64,000 nucleotides of DNA, from NCBI GenBank assembly GCA_016212395.1, contig JACRGF010000009.1, positions 28,132 through 92,131 on the forward strand, read 5' to 3'. The notes below the pieces were generated by a model. That model did no database searches. It was not told where the DNA came from and was given only the letters and a program-made list of their open reading frames with translations. Source of the DNA: Candidatus Micrarchaeota archaeon. GTDB lineage: Archaea > Micrarchaeota > Micrarchaeia > Burarchaeales > JACRGF01. Every line of letters starts with the position of its first letter. The stretch's first letter is position 1. Positions 57,272-64,000 of the stretch are shown piece after piece. The translations under genes and the position numbers were made by a program.

Positions 57272-58246
57272 TCAGCAAATAAACTCTAAAACACTTCCCC
57301 TGCTTTCCTTCAGCTTCATATTTCCAACAAGCGCCTGCATTCTCCCGCCAGCCAACCCGTCCGCAACGAGTGCTGCGCCTACTGCAGCAGCCTTGACATT
57401 TTTTTTCTCAAGCTTCAACTCCTCAAATTCAAACTCGCTTCCGCGCAACTCCAACTCTTTTTTCAACTCGCCAGCGTTTCTCCCGCTCAAAACCACTCGC
57501 CTGCAGTCCAAGCTCACCCTCAACGCGTTCAAGTCCTTTGAAATCCCTTCCAGAAACGCTTCACGTGCTCCCTCACATTTTTTTTCAGCATCCTCCAAGC
57601 CACCGCTGAAAACATTTGCCTTTTCTTGCATCAAATACGCCAACTCCGCATCAACTCTGCCTCTCGCTTTTTTTCCCATGCTCGCGCAGCTCCCGCCAAT
57701 CCCATCCACGATTTTTCCACAGTCAACAGCGAGAAAAGCGTTGAACGCGCTCCCGATTTCAGCGAACAGGAAAGAAGCTTCAGCATACTCCCTCTTCTCT
57801 TTCACGCAGTAATCTTCTATTGCCGCGGCGCACGCGCATACTTTGTCCGGAGTGCCCAAATCAATCTTGTTTATCTTCCTGTAGTCCGGGACAGTCTGCA
57901 AGTGCTTCACTCCCGGAAGCACGAACGCGTTCATTCCACTTGCTTTCATTTCGCGCAGAACGCGCTCCAATCCAACGATTGCTTTCCTCTCGTTTTTCTT
58001 CAACAACAGCAATTCAAAGTCCTGCTCGTTCAACTCGCTTGTTTTTTTCAAAGGCAACCCGTAGCCTGAAGGCGCTGCGATTGCATCGAACTCGCCAAAA
58101 GAATTTACTGCATCAATTATTTTTCGCGGGCTTTCCACTGCTTCTTTCGTGTCAATCTCGGCGTAACCGTCGAGTTTTCCGTCTGTTGTTGTTGCTATCG
58201 CCCAAGTTTTCGTTCCAGGGTCTATCCCGCAGGCTTTCACGCGCAT
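57272..58246 (-). CDS. ASKHA-fold (acetate/sugar kinase-Hsp70-actin) protein, DUF1464-like
   Basis: N-terminal phosphate-1 loop ACGIDPGTKTWAIA and later glycine loops typical of BadF/BcrAD/butyrate-kinase-like ATPases. Confidence 0.45.
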   Translation of the reverse strand: MRVKACGIDPGTKTWAIATTTDGKLDGYAEIDTKEAVESPRKIIDAVNSFGEFDAIAAPSGYGLPLKKTSELNEQDFELLLLKKNERKAIVGLERVLREMKASGMNAFVLPGVKHLQTVPDYRKINKIDLGTPDKVCACAAAIEDYCVKEKREYAEASFLFAEIGSAFNAFLAVDCGKIVDGIGGSCASMGKKARGRVDAELAYLMQEKANVFSGGLEDAEKKCEGAREAFLEGISKDLNALRVSLDCRRVVLSGRNAGELKKELELRGSEFEFEELKLEKKNVKAAAVGAALVADGLAGGRMQALVGNMKLKESRGSVLEFIC

Positions 58247-58287
58247 ATTTAACCTTTTTCGCGCGAAAACTTTTATTGTTGGTGGGC

Positions 58288-59319
58288 ATGGAAGAATCCG
58301 AGTTGTTTGACGTGCACGAGTCTGTTCCAGGCTTTAAGGTGAGCTTGAGCCGCGTTGGAGTCACAGGCATAAGCAAGCGCGTCATCCAGGAAAGCGAGTC
58401 AGGCGAACGCACTGTACTCCACGCGGTGTTCGACGCGTTCGTGGACTTGGATTCTGAACGCAAAGGCAGCCACTTGAGCAGGCACAACGAAGTAATCAAC
58501 GAGGCTATAGAACGCGCGATAGACTTGAAGGCAGACGACACTGAAATACTGTGCTCTATCGCAGTGCGCGGATTGCTTGAAAAACACGAGCACGCTTCAC
58601 GCGCTGAAGTGCGTATGACTGCCCAGCACGTGAAAGTAAAATCCACTCCATCCACGAACACTCCAGTGCAAGAAAATTACGTTCTTCTCGCAAGCGCAGT
58701 CGCTTCCCGTGATTCAAGCGGAAGAATTTCAGTCCGCAAGTCAATAGGCGCGCAGGCTCACGGCATTACAGTCTGCCCGTGCAGCATGGAACTCTCCCGC
58801 GAGTACGCCAGAAAAAAACTGTCGAAGCAAGGCTTCACTGAAAAACAGGCAGACTCTATTCTCGAAATCGTCCCGCTTGCCGCGCACAACCAGCGTTCGC
58901 TTGGAATGCTTGCAATTGAAACAAGCGAAGGCGAGCGCGTTGACGCGGACGACTTGATTGACGTTGTTGAAGAAAGCATGAGCTCGAGCGTGTACGAAAT
59001 TTTAAAGCGCCCTGACGAACAAAAAATCGTTTTAGACGCGCACGCCAACCCCGTCTTCGTCGAAGACTGCGTGCGCAGGATGCTCGAGCGCGTCCTGAAA
59101 AAATTCGATTACCTGCCGGACGACTCCATCATCACCGCGCGCCAGACGAATTTCGAAAGCGTGCACTCGCACAACGCGTTCGCAGAAAAAACGATCACGC
59201 TCGGAGAACTCCGCAACGAAGCAGACAAAAACGAGCTTTCACTAGAATACGCTGAGTCGCGGAAAGAAAAGCATTCGAGCGACGTTGGCTTGGACGACTT
59301 GATTGACGGAATAAGATAA
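58288..59319 (+). CDS. mptA: GTP cyclohydrolase MptA/FolE2 (GCYH-IB) family
   Basis: VPGFKVSLSRVGVTGISKRV...GSHLSRH...GITVCPCSMELSRE are FolE2/MptA-type motifs. Start at the internal ATG of ORF 57820. Confidence 0.65.
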   Translation: MEESELFDVHESVPGFKVSLSRVGVTGISKRVIQESESGERTVLHAVFDAFVDLDSERKGSHLSRHNEVINEAIERAIDLKADDTEILCSIAVRGLLEKHEHASRAEVRMTAQHVKVKSTPSTNTPVQENYVLLASAVASRDSSGRISVRKSIGAQAHGITVCPCSMELSREYARKKLSKQGFTEKQADSILEIVPLAAHNQRSLGMLAIETSEGERVDADDLIDVVEESMSSSVYEILKRPDEQKIVLDAHANPVFVEDCVRRMLERVLKKFDYLPDDSIITARQTNFESVHSHNAFAEKTITLGELRNEADKNELSLEYAESRKEKHSSDVGLDDLIDGIR

Positions 59320-59494
59320 CACTGTTTTGTTTGGATGGTTTTGGGGTTTAGAAGTTTCGGAGTTTTGTTTTGAGTTGTTTTGATTGGTTTTGCGGTTGTT
59401 TTGAATTGTTTTGATGCAGTGGTTTTGGTTGGTTTGTTTACGGGTTTTGAGTTTTGGAGTTTTGAAGTTTCGGGTTTTTGTTCGGGGTGTTGTT

Positions 59495-59944
59495 TTGAAG
59501 TCATGCGTGCGTGGAAAAGGATTTTCTTCAGCCCACTTTGTAGTCCTAAGTGGAAAATGCGAGAGGCTTCACGGCCACAACTATGCAGTAGAATGCGAAA
59601 TCGAAGGAAAACAGGATGCTGAAGGAGTAGTGTTCGACTTCATCGAACTAAAGAAGCAGCTCAACAAAACCACCGAGCAGCTCGACCACAAAATCCTGCT
59701 GCCTGCAAACTCCAGCGACATTAAAACAACGAAAACAAAAACAGGAAAACAGCAGTCAGTGGAAGCGCGCGTAAACGAAAAGTTTTACTCGTTCCCACTC
59801 GAAGACGTATTCTTTCTCCCAGCAAAAACAGTGACTGCTGAAGAGTTGGCTAAGTTCATCCACTCCAAAACCCGCATGCCATCAGGAAAAACATTGCTCG
59901 TGCGAGTTTTCGAAACAAAAACAAGCTGGGCTGAATACCCTTAG
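59495..59944 (+). CDS. 6-pyruvoyl-tetrahydropterin synthase (PTPS/QueD) family
   Basis: FSSAHFVV...GKCERLHGHNYAVECEIEGK is the PTPS Zn-site motif (C..HGH). The start is uncertain (TTG/GTG candidates). Confidence 0.65.
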   Translation: MKSCVRGKGFSSAHFVVLSGKCERLHGHNYAVECEIEGKQDAEGVVFDFIELKKQLNKTTEQLDHKILLPANSSDIKTTKTKTGKQQSVEARVNEKFYSFPLEDVFFLPAKTVTAEELAKFIHSKTRMPSGKTLLVRVFETKTSWAEYP

Positions 59945-59989
59945 CGCAGTTTACAGTTTTGAGTTTTCAGTTTTGCGTTTTTTGTTCAT

Positions 59990-60313
59990 TCATTCTCTTA
60001 TCCTGTAAATTTGCAAGTGCGGAATTCCTTGGATTGTTTTAACGTTTTCTTGTCCTGCAATTATTTTTGCTTTCACTGCAGTTGCGACAGATTTTTTTCC
60101 AACTAGATTAGCGCTCGTGCAGTTTTTCAATTCCTTTTCCGCCCTGCTTGCATTCACTTTCTCTCCTTCATAAAACGAGCGGAAACTCTGCAAGTCCAGA
60201 GTTGCTTCTCCTTCGCGCAGTATTTTTCCAAGCAGTTCCGCATCGCACAACGCAAGCACTCTTTCTTTCTTGCTTTCGTGAATTTTGCAATACAACGTCA
60301 ACCCCTCCTGCAT
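59990..60313 (-). CDS. Hypothetical small protein (possibly DUF424-like)
   Basis: A 107-aa ORF with an ATG start. No confident family. Confidence 0.3.
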   Translation of the reverse strand: MQEGLTLYCKIHESKKERVLALCDAELLGKILREGEATLDLQSFRSFYEGEKVNASRAEKELKNCTSANLVGKKSVATAVKAKIIAGQENVKTIQGIPHLQIYRIRE

Positions 60314-60347
60314 TCTTTTATTGAAATTGCAATGGTTATAAGTTTAT

Positions 60348-60435
60348 AGTAAATCGCATATATTTTTGAATTTACAACGTGCGATTTACTGCTAGCAAAT
60401 AAGCACGAAATGTTCGGGTATCTGGCTTATTTGCT
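60348..60435. promoter_or_regulatory. Two adjacent perfect inverted repeats (10-bp and 11-bp stems, about 20-nt loops)
   Basis: GTAAATCGCA...TGCGATTTAC and AGCAAATAAGC...GCTTATTTGCT, in the divergent region upstream of CDS 60457. Confidence 0.45.
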
Positions 60436-60456
60436 ATTATTTCAACACCAATTTTC

Positions 60457-62391
60457 TTGAAAGGAAGTGCCTCCATGAGTTTGTTCCGCAAGCTTTCTTT
60501 GCTGCTCGTTGCAAGCTTCATCGCATACGTTTTTTTACTGTCAAGCATGCCTCTTGCTTTCTTCGAACAACAACCATCCACGGAAATCTATCTTCTCCCC
60601 TCAAGCAACAACACTGCAAACGTTTACTCCTCTGCTTTACTCTCGTGCGTTTTCTGCGGCACTCCAGTTTCGCTCTCGAAAGGAACAAACGCGCTTGACG
60701 CTTTCTCATGCAGCGAACAAGCAATCCTTTCTTGCGGAAGCCTTTCCCTCAACTTTTCACTCTCTTCAGCAAGCAAATCCATTCTCTCCAATCCTCCAGC
60801 GCCTGTTACTCCAAGGCAATACGATTTTTCGTTTTTGGCAGTGCTCATACTCGCGCTTTCAATCGCGTTTTTGCTCTTCAACTCTAATTCAATGAGCGAG
60901 TTATTCCTTTCATTTCTCGGCGCTGTTTCAGCTTCTTTCATAGCATTTTTTCACGCTCACTCGCTTGGAGTTGGCTTCATAGTTCCAATCATCCTCATTT
61001 GCCTCTTGCTCTATCTCCTTAATGCGAGAAAAAAACATTCAATTCCAAAGCCGAAACAGACGCATGATTTTGTTCTTCTCGGAGTTTCGCTGAGCGTCTT
61101 CCTTGTTTTGTACGTTCTCGCGCTCAATTTTTTCGTGAGCGACGCGAACATTTGGGGCTCTTATTACTACCGGCACGTTGAAGAAACGCTTTCAAAAGGC
61201 ACGACGCTCTACTACGACAGTTTAAGCTATTTGGGCAGGCAGTTCACTTACCCTCCAGCGTTTTTCGAGTGGGCTGCTTCCTTCAGCGAGTTGTTCGGCT
61301 CGCAAACTTTCGAGCAGTTAAGGCTTCCTCTGCACGCGCTCGCTGTCTTCTGGTGGGGCATTTCAACTTGGCTGTTGTTCAAAAAATTCAACGCGCGCTC
61401 CCGCGTTATCGCGTGGTTTGTGATGCTCGCCACTACTTTCGTGTTGACTACTCTCACTGGCGTTACGCTTCACGTTCTCGCTTACGCTTTGTTCAACACT
61501 GCACTCGTATTCTTCGAGTCAAGCTTTGTTTTCTCAATCGCGTTATTCACTCTATCTTTTGCAACTCACCCGTCAGTGCTCGCGTTGCTTCCTTTCTATT
61601 TGTATGCTTCAAACAAGCTTGAAGTAAAGCGCGAGTGGGTGTTGAAAGGAATCGCGCTCGCGATTGCCGGCGTGCTTCTCTCCCTTCTCTTCTATGCTCC
61701 AATATTTTCCCGCGCAGGCTTGCCTTACGAAATAGTTCCTTCCCAGTGGGGCTACCTGCTCAACTACGGCTTGCAGGGCTTTGCGAGCGAGTGGGGCTTG
61801 CTCCTCCCGCTTGCAGCGCTCGCGTTCGCACTCGCGTGGAGAAAGCCTGTCGCGTGGCTCGTGCTCTTCCTCTCGCTCGCCAACATTTTCATTAGCTTCA
61901 GGGCAAACCTGCTGCTTGGAGTAATCCTCGCTGCGTTCATTCCCCTTGTTTTTTCAAGCGAGCTGAAGCACAAGCGCTTCCTCGCGTTGCTGTTGCTATT
62001 CCCGCTTGCCAACATGCTATTGTTCCCAGCAGTATTTCCTGGAGGAAAAGACTGGTGCACGTGGAGCACTGCGCTCCCAGTCTGCATCTCTCCGTTCAAG
62101 TACGTTGAACGCTACACTTCAAGCGACTCTATAGTTGTAACAAACCCGTTGTTCGGCCACAACGAAGCCTATTACGGAAAGCGCAGAGTTCTCGCAGACT
62201 TGTACGTTGAATACGCGGACGAAGCAAAGTACGCTGCAGAAGCAGAAGCATACTGGAACGCCAACTTCACCAAATCCGAACAATACAACGTGAGCGTGTG
62301 GGTGATGGACAACATGTACGGAAAAAACCGTTCAGCTCCAGGAGATAAAGTGTACGACAACAGCGCGTTCAGCGTGTTCGTAAAAAAATAA
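60457..62391 (+). CDS. Large polytopic membrane protein, putative GT-C-fold glycosyltransferase
   Basis: A 644-aa protein with more than 12 TM helices and a soluble C-terminal domain, adjacent to a processive GT2. Confidence 0.35.
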   Translation: MKGSASMSLFRKLSLLLVASFIAYVFLLSSMPLAFFEQQPSTEIYLLPSSNNTANVYSSALLSCVFCGTPVSLSKGTNALDAFSCSEQAILSCGSLSLNFSLSSASKSILSNPPAPVTPRQYDFSFLAVLILALSIAFLLFNSNSMSELFLSFLGAVSASFIAFFHAHSLGVGFIVPIILICLLLYLLNARKKHSIPKPKQTHDFVLLGVSLSVFLVLYVLALNFFVSDANIWGSYYYRHVEETLSKGTTLYYDSLSYLGRQFTYPPAFFEWAASFSELFGSQTFEQLRLPLHALAVFWWGISTWLLFKKFNARSRVIAWFVMLATTFVLTTLTGVTLHVLAYALFNTALVFFESSFVFSIALFTLSFATHPSVLALLPFYLYASNKLEVKREWVLKGIALAIAGVLLSLLFYAPIFSRAGLPYEIVPSQWGYLLNYGLQGFASEWGLLLPLAALAFALAWRKPVAWLVLFLSLANIFISFRANLLLGVILAAFIPLVFSSELKHKRFLALLLLFPLANMLLFPAVFPGGKDWCTWSTALPVCISPFKYVERYTSSDSIVVTNPLFGHNEAYYGKRRVLADLYVEYADEAKYAAEAEAYWNANFTKSEQYNVSVWVMDNMYGKNRSAPGDKVYDNSAFSVFVKK

Positions 62392-62486
62392 ACCAAACAA
62401 CAGTAACAGAAGAATATGCAAATATTTTTTTTTCTTTTTTCTCGCGTATTATTTTTTGCCTATTGTTTTCGCTTCTTCTTTTCCTT

Positions 62487-63998
62487 TCACCCGCACTTGT
62501 AGGTGAACACGAAACTCGTCGAGAACAATACTCCGTACCACGTGAGCCAGAATGCTGCTGCAATGTCTGCTTTCGCGAACGCGAGCACTCCAACGCACAA
62601 GAATAACGCTGCAAAGCTTGTTTCAACAACGCTCACGCGCAGCGCTTCAAGCACTCCGTACTTTCTTCCAGCTTGTTTCTTCAGCACTTTAAAGCTCGCA
62701 TGCTCGTGCAGCAACGCCGAAACCGCAGCACGCGCCCTCACGAACGCAATGCCGAAATTCATGAAGTAAATGATAAACCCGTGCTTGAACGAGTTGAAGT
62801 ACACTTTGCTTATAATGAGCGCTGAAAGAAAAGTCGCGAGAATAGACACTATCGTGGCGGTTTCCACTTGCACTTTCAAAGAAAGCTGGGGCGCGAGCGC
62901 GTTCGCAAGTGCCTGCGTAGCGATCCTGTACTCGCTGAACGTTATAAACAAAGTAATCAACCCGAACAAAATAAGTATTACCGAGAGGTAGTGAAGCCCG
63001 AAAATGTGCGCTATATAATGAACGTGCTTCTTGAGCGGAATGCCTGCAAGCATTTGAACGTACTGGTAAAACAATTTCGTGTTGCCGAAGTTATACCTCC
63101 ACTGCTGCGCTCCGAAAGCAGTAAAGCTTTCAATAGGCTTTCCAAGCGCGTACACTTTCGGAACGTACACTCCATTATACCCCGAAGCGTCAGCCAACAG
63201 CGAGTACGCAACGTCTTCAGTAACCGACGCAGGAAACCCTCCGAGTTTCCTGAGCACAGACGCGCGCAGCACTCCACAGCTCCCGCAGAACATTGAAAAC
63301 CCCGCGGCGCTCCTCACAGGCTGGACGAAGTTGAAGAAAAACGAGTAAGAAACGTCTATAGCGTTCGCAAACCCAGAGCCTTCAGCAAACTTTTTAATCG
63401 TTTGAACGTAAGCCAATTTTTCATCCTCGCCGAAATACCCGAGCGTTTCCTTGAGGAACGACGCGTCCACCAACTGCTCGTCAGCGTCGAAAACAGCGAG
63501 AAACTCTTCCTTCATGCCATTCACAAACTCGTTCAACGCGCCTCCCTTGAAGTCCTTGCGGTTCTCGCGGTGAACGTAATCCCACCCGTTGCTCCTGCAG
63601 TAAGCAGACAATTCCCTTACTACTTCCTTGTCCGTCGAGTCATCCACCAAGTAAAACCCGAGCTTGTCCTTCGGGTAATCCATTCCCTTCAAGCTTTCAA
63701 GCGTCTTCTTCACCATTTCAGGCTCTTCATTAAAACTCGCGACAGCAAGCGCAACGCTTGGAAAACTCTTCAATTCAGACGGCTTCACCTTCAAGTTGTA
63801 CGCCTTCAAAAAATAGTAAGCGCCCAGAGTGTTAAAATAAAGCGACACGAGCGTTAACAGCACGAGGCTGGCTGCAAGCAGTTGAGTAACAAGCGACGGG
63901 CTCTGGAAAAACACGAGCACTGTAAACCCTAGCGCTACGAGAGACAAGAACAATATCGCGAAAAACGTGGCATGCCTTTTCAGCAAATCTTTTTCCAT
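62487..63998 (-). CDS. Processive GT2 glycosyltransferase (cellulose/chitin-synthase-like, integral membrane)
   Basis: LVDDSTD...FDADE...GAQQWRYNFG (QxxRW) with flanking TM helices. Confidence 0.7.
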   Translation of the reverse strand: MEKDLLKRHATFFAILFLSLVALGFTVLVFFQSPSLVTQLLAASLVLLTLVSLYFNTLGAYYFLKAYNLKVKPSELKSFPSVALAVASFNEEPEMVKKTLESLKGMDYPKDKLGFYLVDDSTDKEVVRELSAYCRSNGWDYVHRENRKDFKGGALNEFVNGMKEEFLAVFDADEQLVDASFLKETLGYFGEDEKLAYVQTIKKFAEGSGFANAIDVSYSFFFNFVQPVRSAAGFSMFCGSCGVLRASVLRKLGGFPASVTEDVAYSLLADASGYNGVYVPKVYALGKPIESFTAFGAQQWRYNFGNTKLFYQYVQMLAGIPLKKHVHYIAHIFGLHYLSVILILFGLITLFITFSEYRIATQALANALAPQLSLKVQVETATIVSILATFLSALIISKVYFNSFKHGFIIYFMNFGIAFVRARAAVSALLHEHASFKVLKKQAGRKYGVLEALRVSVVETSFAALFLCVGVLAFAKADIAAAFWLTWYGVLFSTSFVFTYKCG

Positions 63999-64000
63999 AA

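Noticed and set aside
57820-58287. N-terminal 156 codons of ORF 57820-59319 (mptA)
   Set aside because: Antisense to the ASKHA gene and Ser/Arg/Leu-rich. The conserved MptA sequence starts at the ATG at 58288.
1-64000. tRNA, rRNA, RNase P and SRP RNA genes
   Set aside because: By-eye scanning of every intergenic gap longer than 50 bp found no cloverleaf-compatible GC-rich about 75-nt segment and no rRNA-like or universally conserved P4/helix-8 motifs. A covariance-model scan is still needed to be sure.

Overview
The window looks like an archaeal chromosome segment of roughly 50% GC. The evidence is an archaeal histone, membrane-anchored LonB, RpoL/Rpo11, an exosome Csl4 subunit, AglB/STT3, class III signal-peptide pilins, a Sec11-type signal peptidase, an MIPS/AIPS lipid gene pair, and compact ATGA/GTGA gene overlaps. 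I found no rRNA, tRNA or CRISPR array.

Layout, start to end:
- 1-15.7 kb: a large protein N-glycosylation / surface-glycan (agl-like) cluster. It holds a SAM methyltransferase, several GT2 and GT-C glycosyltransferases, epimerases, a sugar nucleotidyltransferase, UDP-glucose dehydrogenase plus UDP-xylose synthase, a Wzx flippase and AglB. It is followed by geranylgeranyl reductase and an apparently interrupted cis-prenyltransferase (UppS).
- 16.9-23.6 kb: a type II/IV secretion-family ATPase with an unusual N-terminal 2x[4Fe-4S] ferredoxin domain, trpBA, a YchF-like GTPase and thioredoxin reductase.
- 23.7-27 kb: two class III signal-peptide pilins, several hypothetical proteins, a SemiSWEET and a Dpm1-like GT2.
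- 27.3-41.4 kb: housekeeping genes (TruD, topoisomerase I with a long Thr/Gln-rich tail, Prs plus a SIS/PHI isomerase, UPF0016 transporter, TldD/PmbA, LonB, DUF373, Csl4, RpoL, DUF99, signal peptidase).
- 41.3-43.7 kb: a truncated AbiEii-like toxin gene followed by a strongly AT-rich, probably horizontally acquired type II R-M cassette.
- 43.7-47.4 kb: CTP synthase, a wHTH protein, a histone and a 7-TM protein.
- 47.4-53.2 kb and 58.3-59.9 kb: a near-complete tetrahydromethanopterin-like pterin biosynthesis set (beta-RFAP-synthase-like GHMP kinase, AfpA/DmrX-like flavoprotein, DHPS-like, MptE-like, PurM-like, MptA, PTPS).
- 53.2-57.3 kb: a PadR regulator, MIPS and AIPS, a Yip1-like protein and an FKBP. 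A further GT-C membrane protein and a processive GT2 close the window.

Non-coding signals worth a second look are strand-specific (GTTTTG)n arrays 5' of many genes, a roughly 70-bp repeat flanking lonB, an alternating purine-pyrimidine (Z-DNA-prone) tract in the truD/topA divergent promoter, and paired perfect stem-loops near 60.35 kb.

Coordinates of internally chosen starts come from codon arithmetic on the supplied ORF track. The track accepts GTG/TTG starts, so start positions are uncertain by a few codons.
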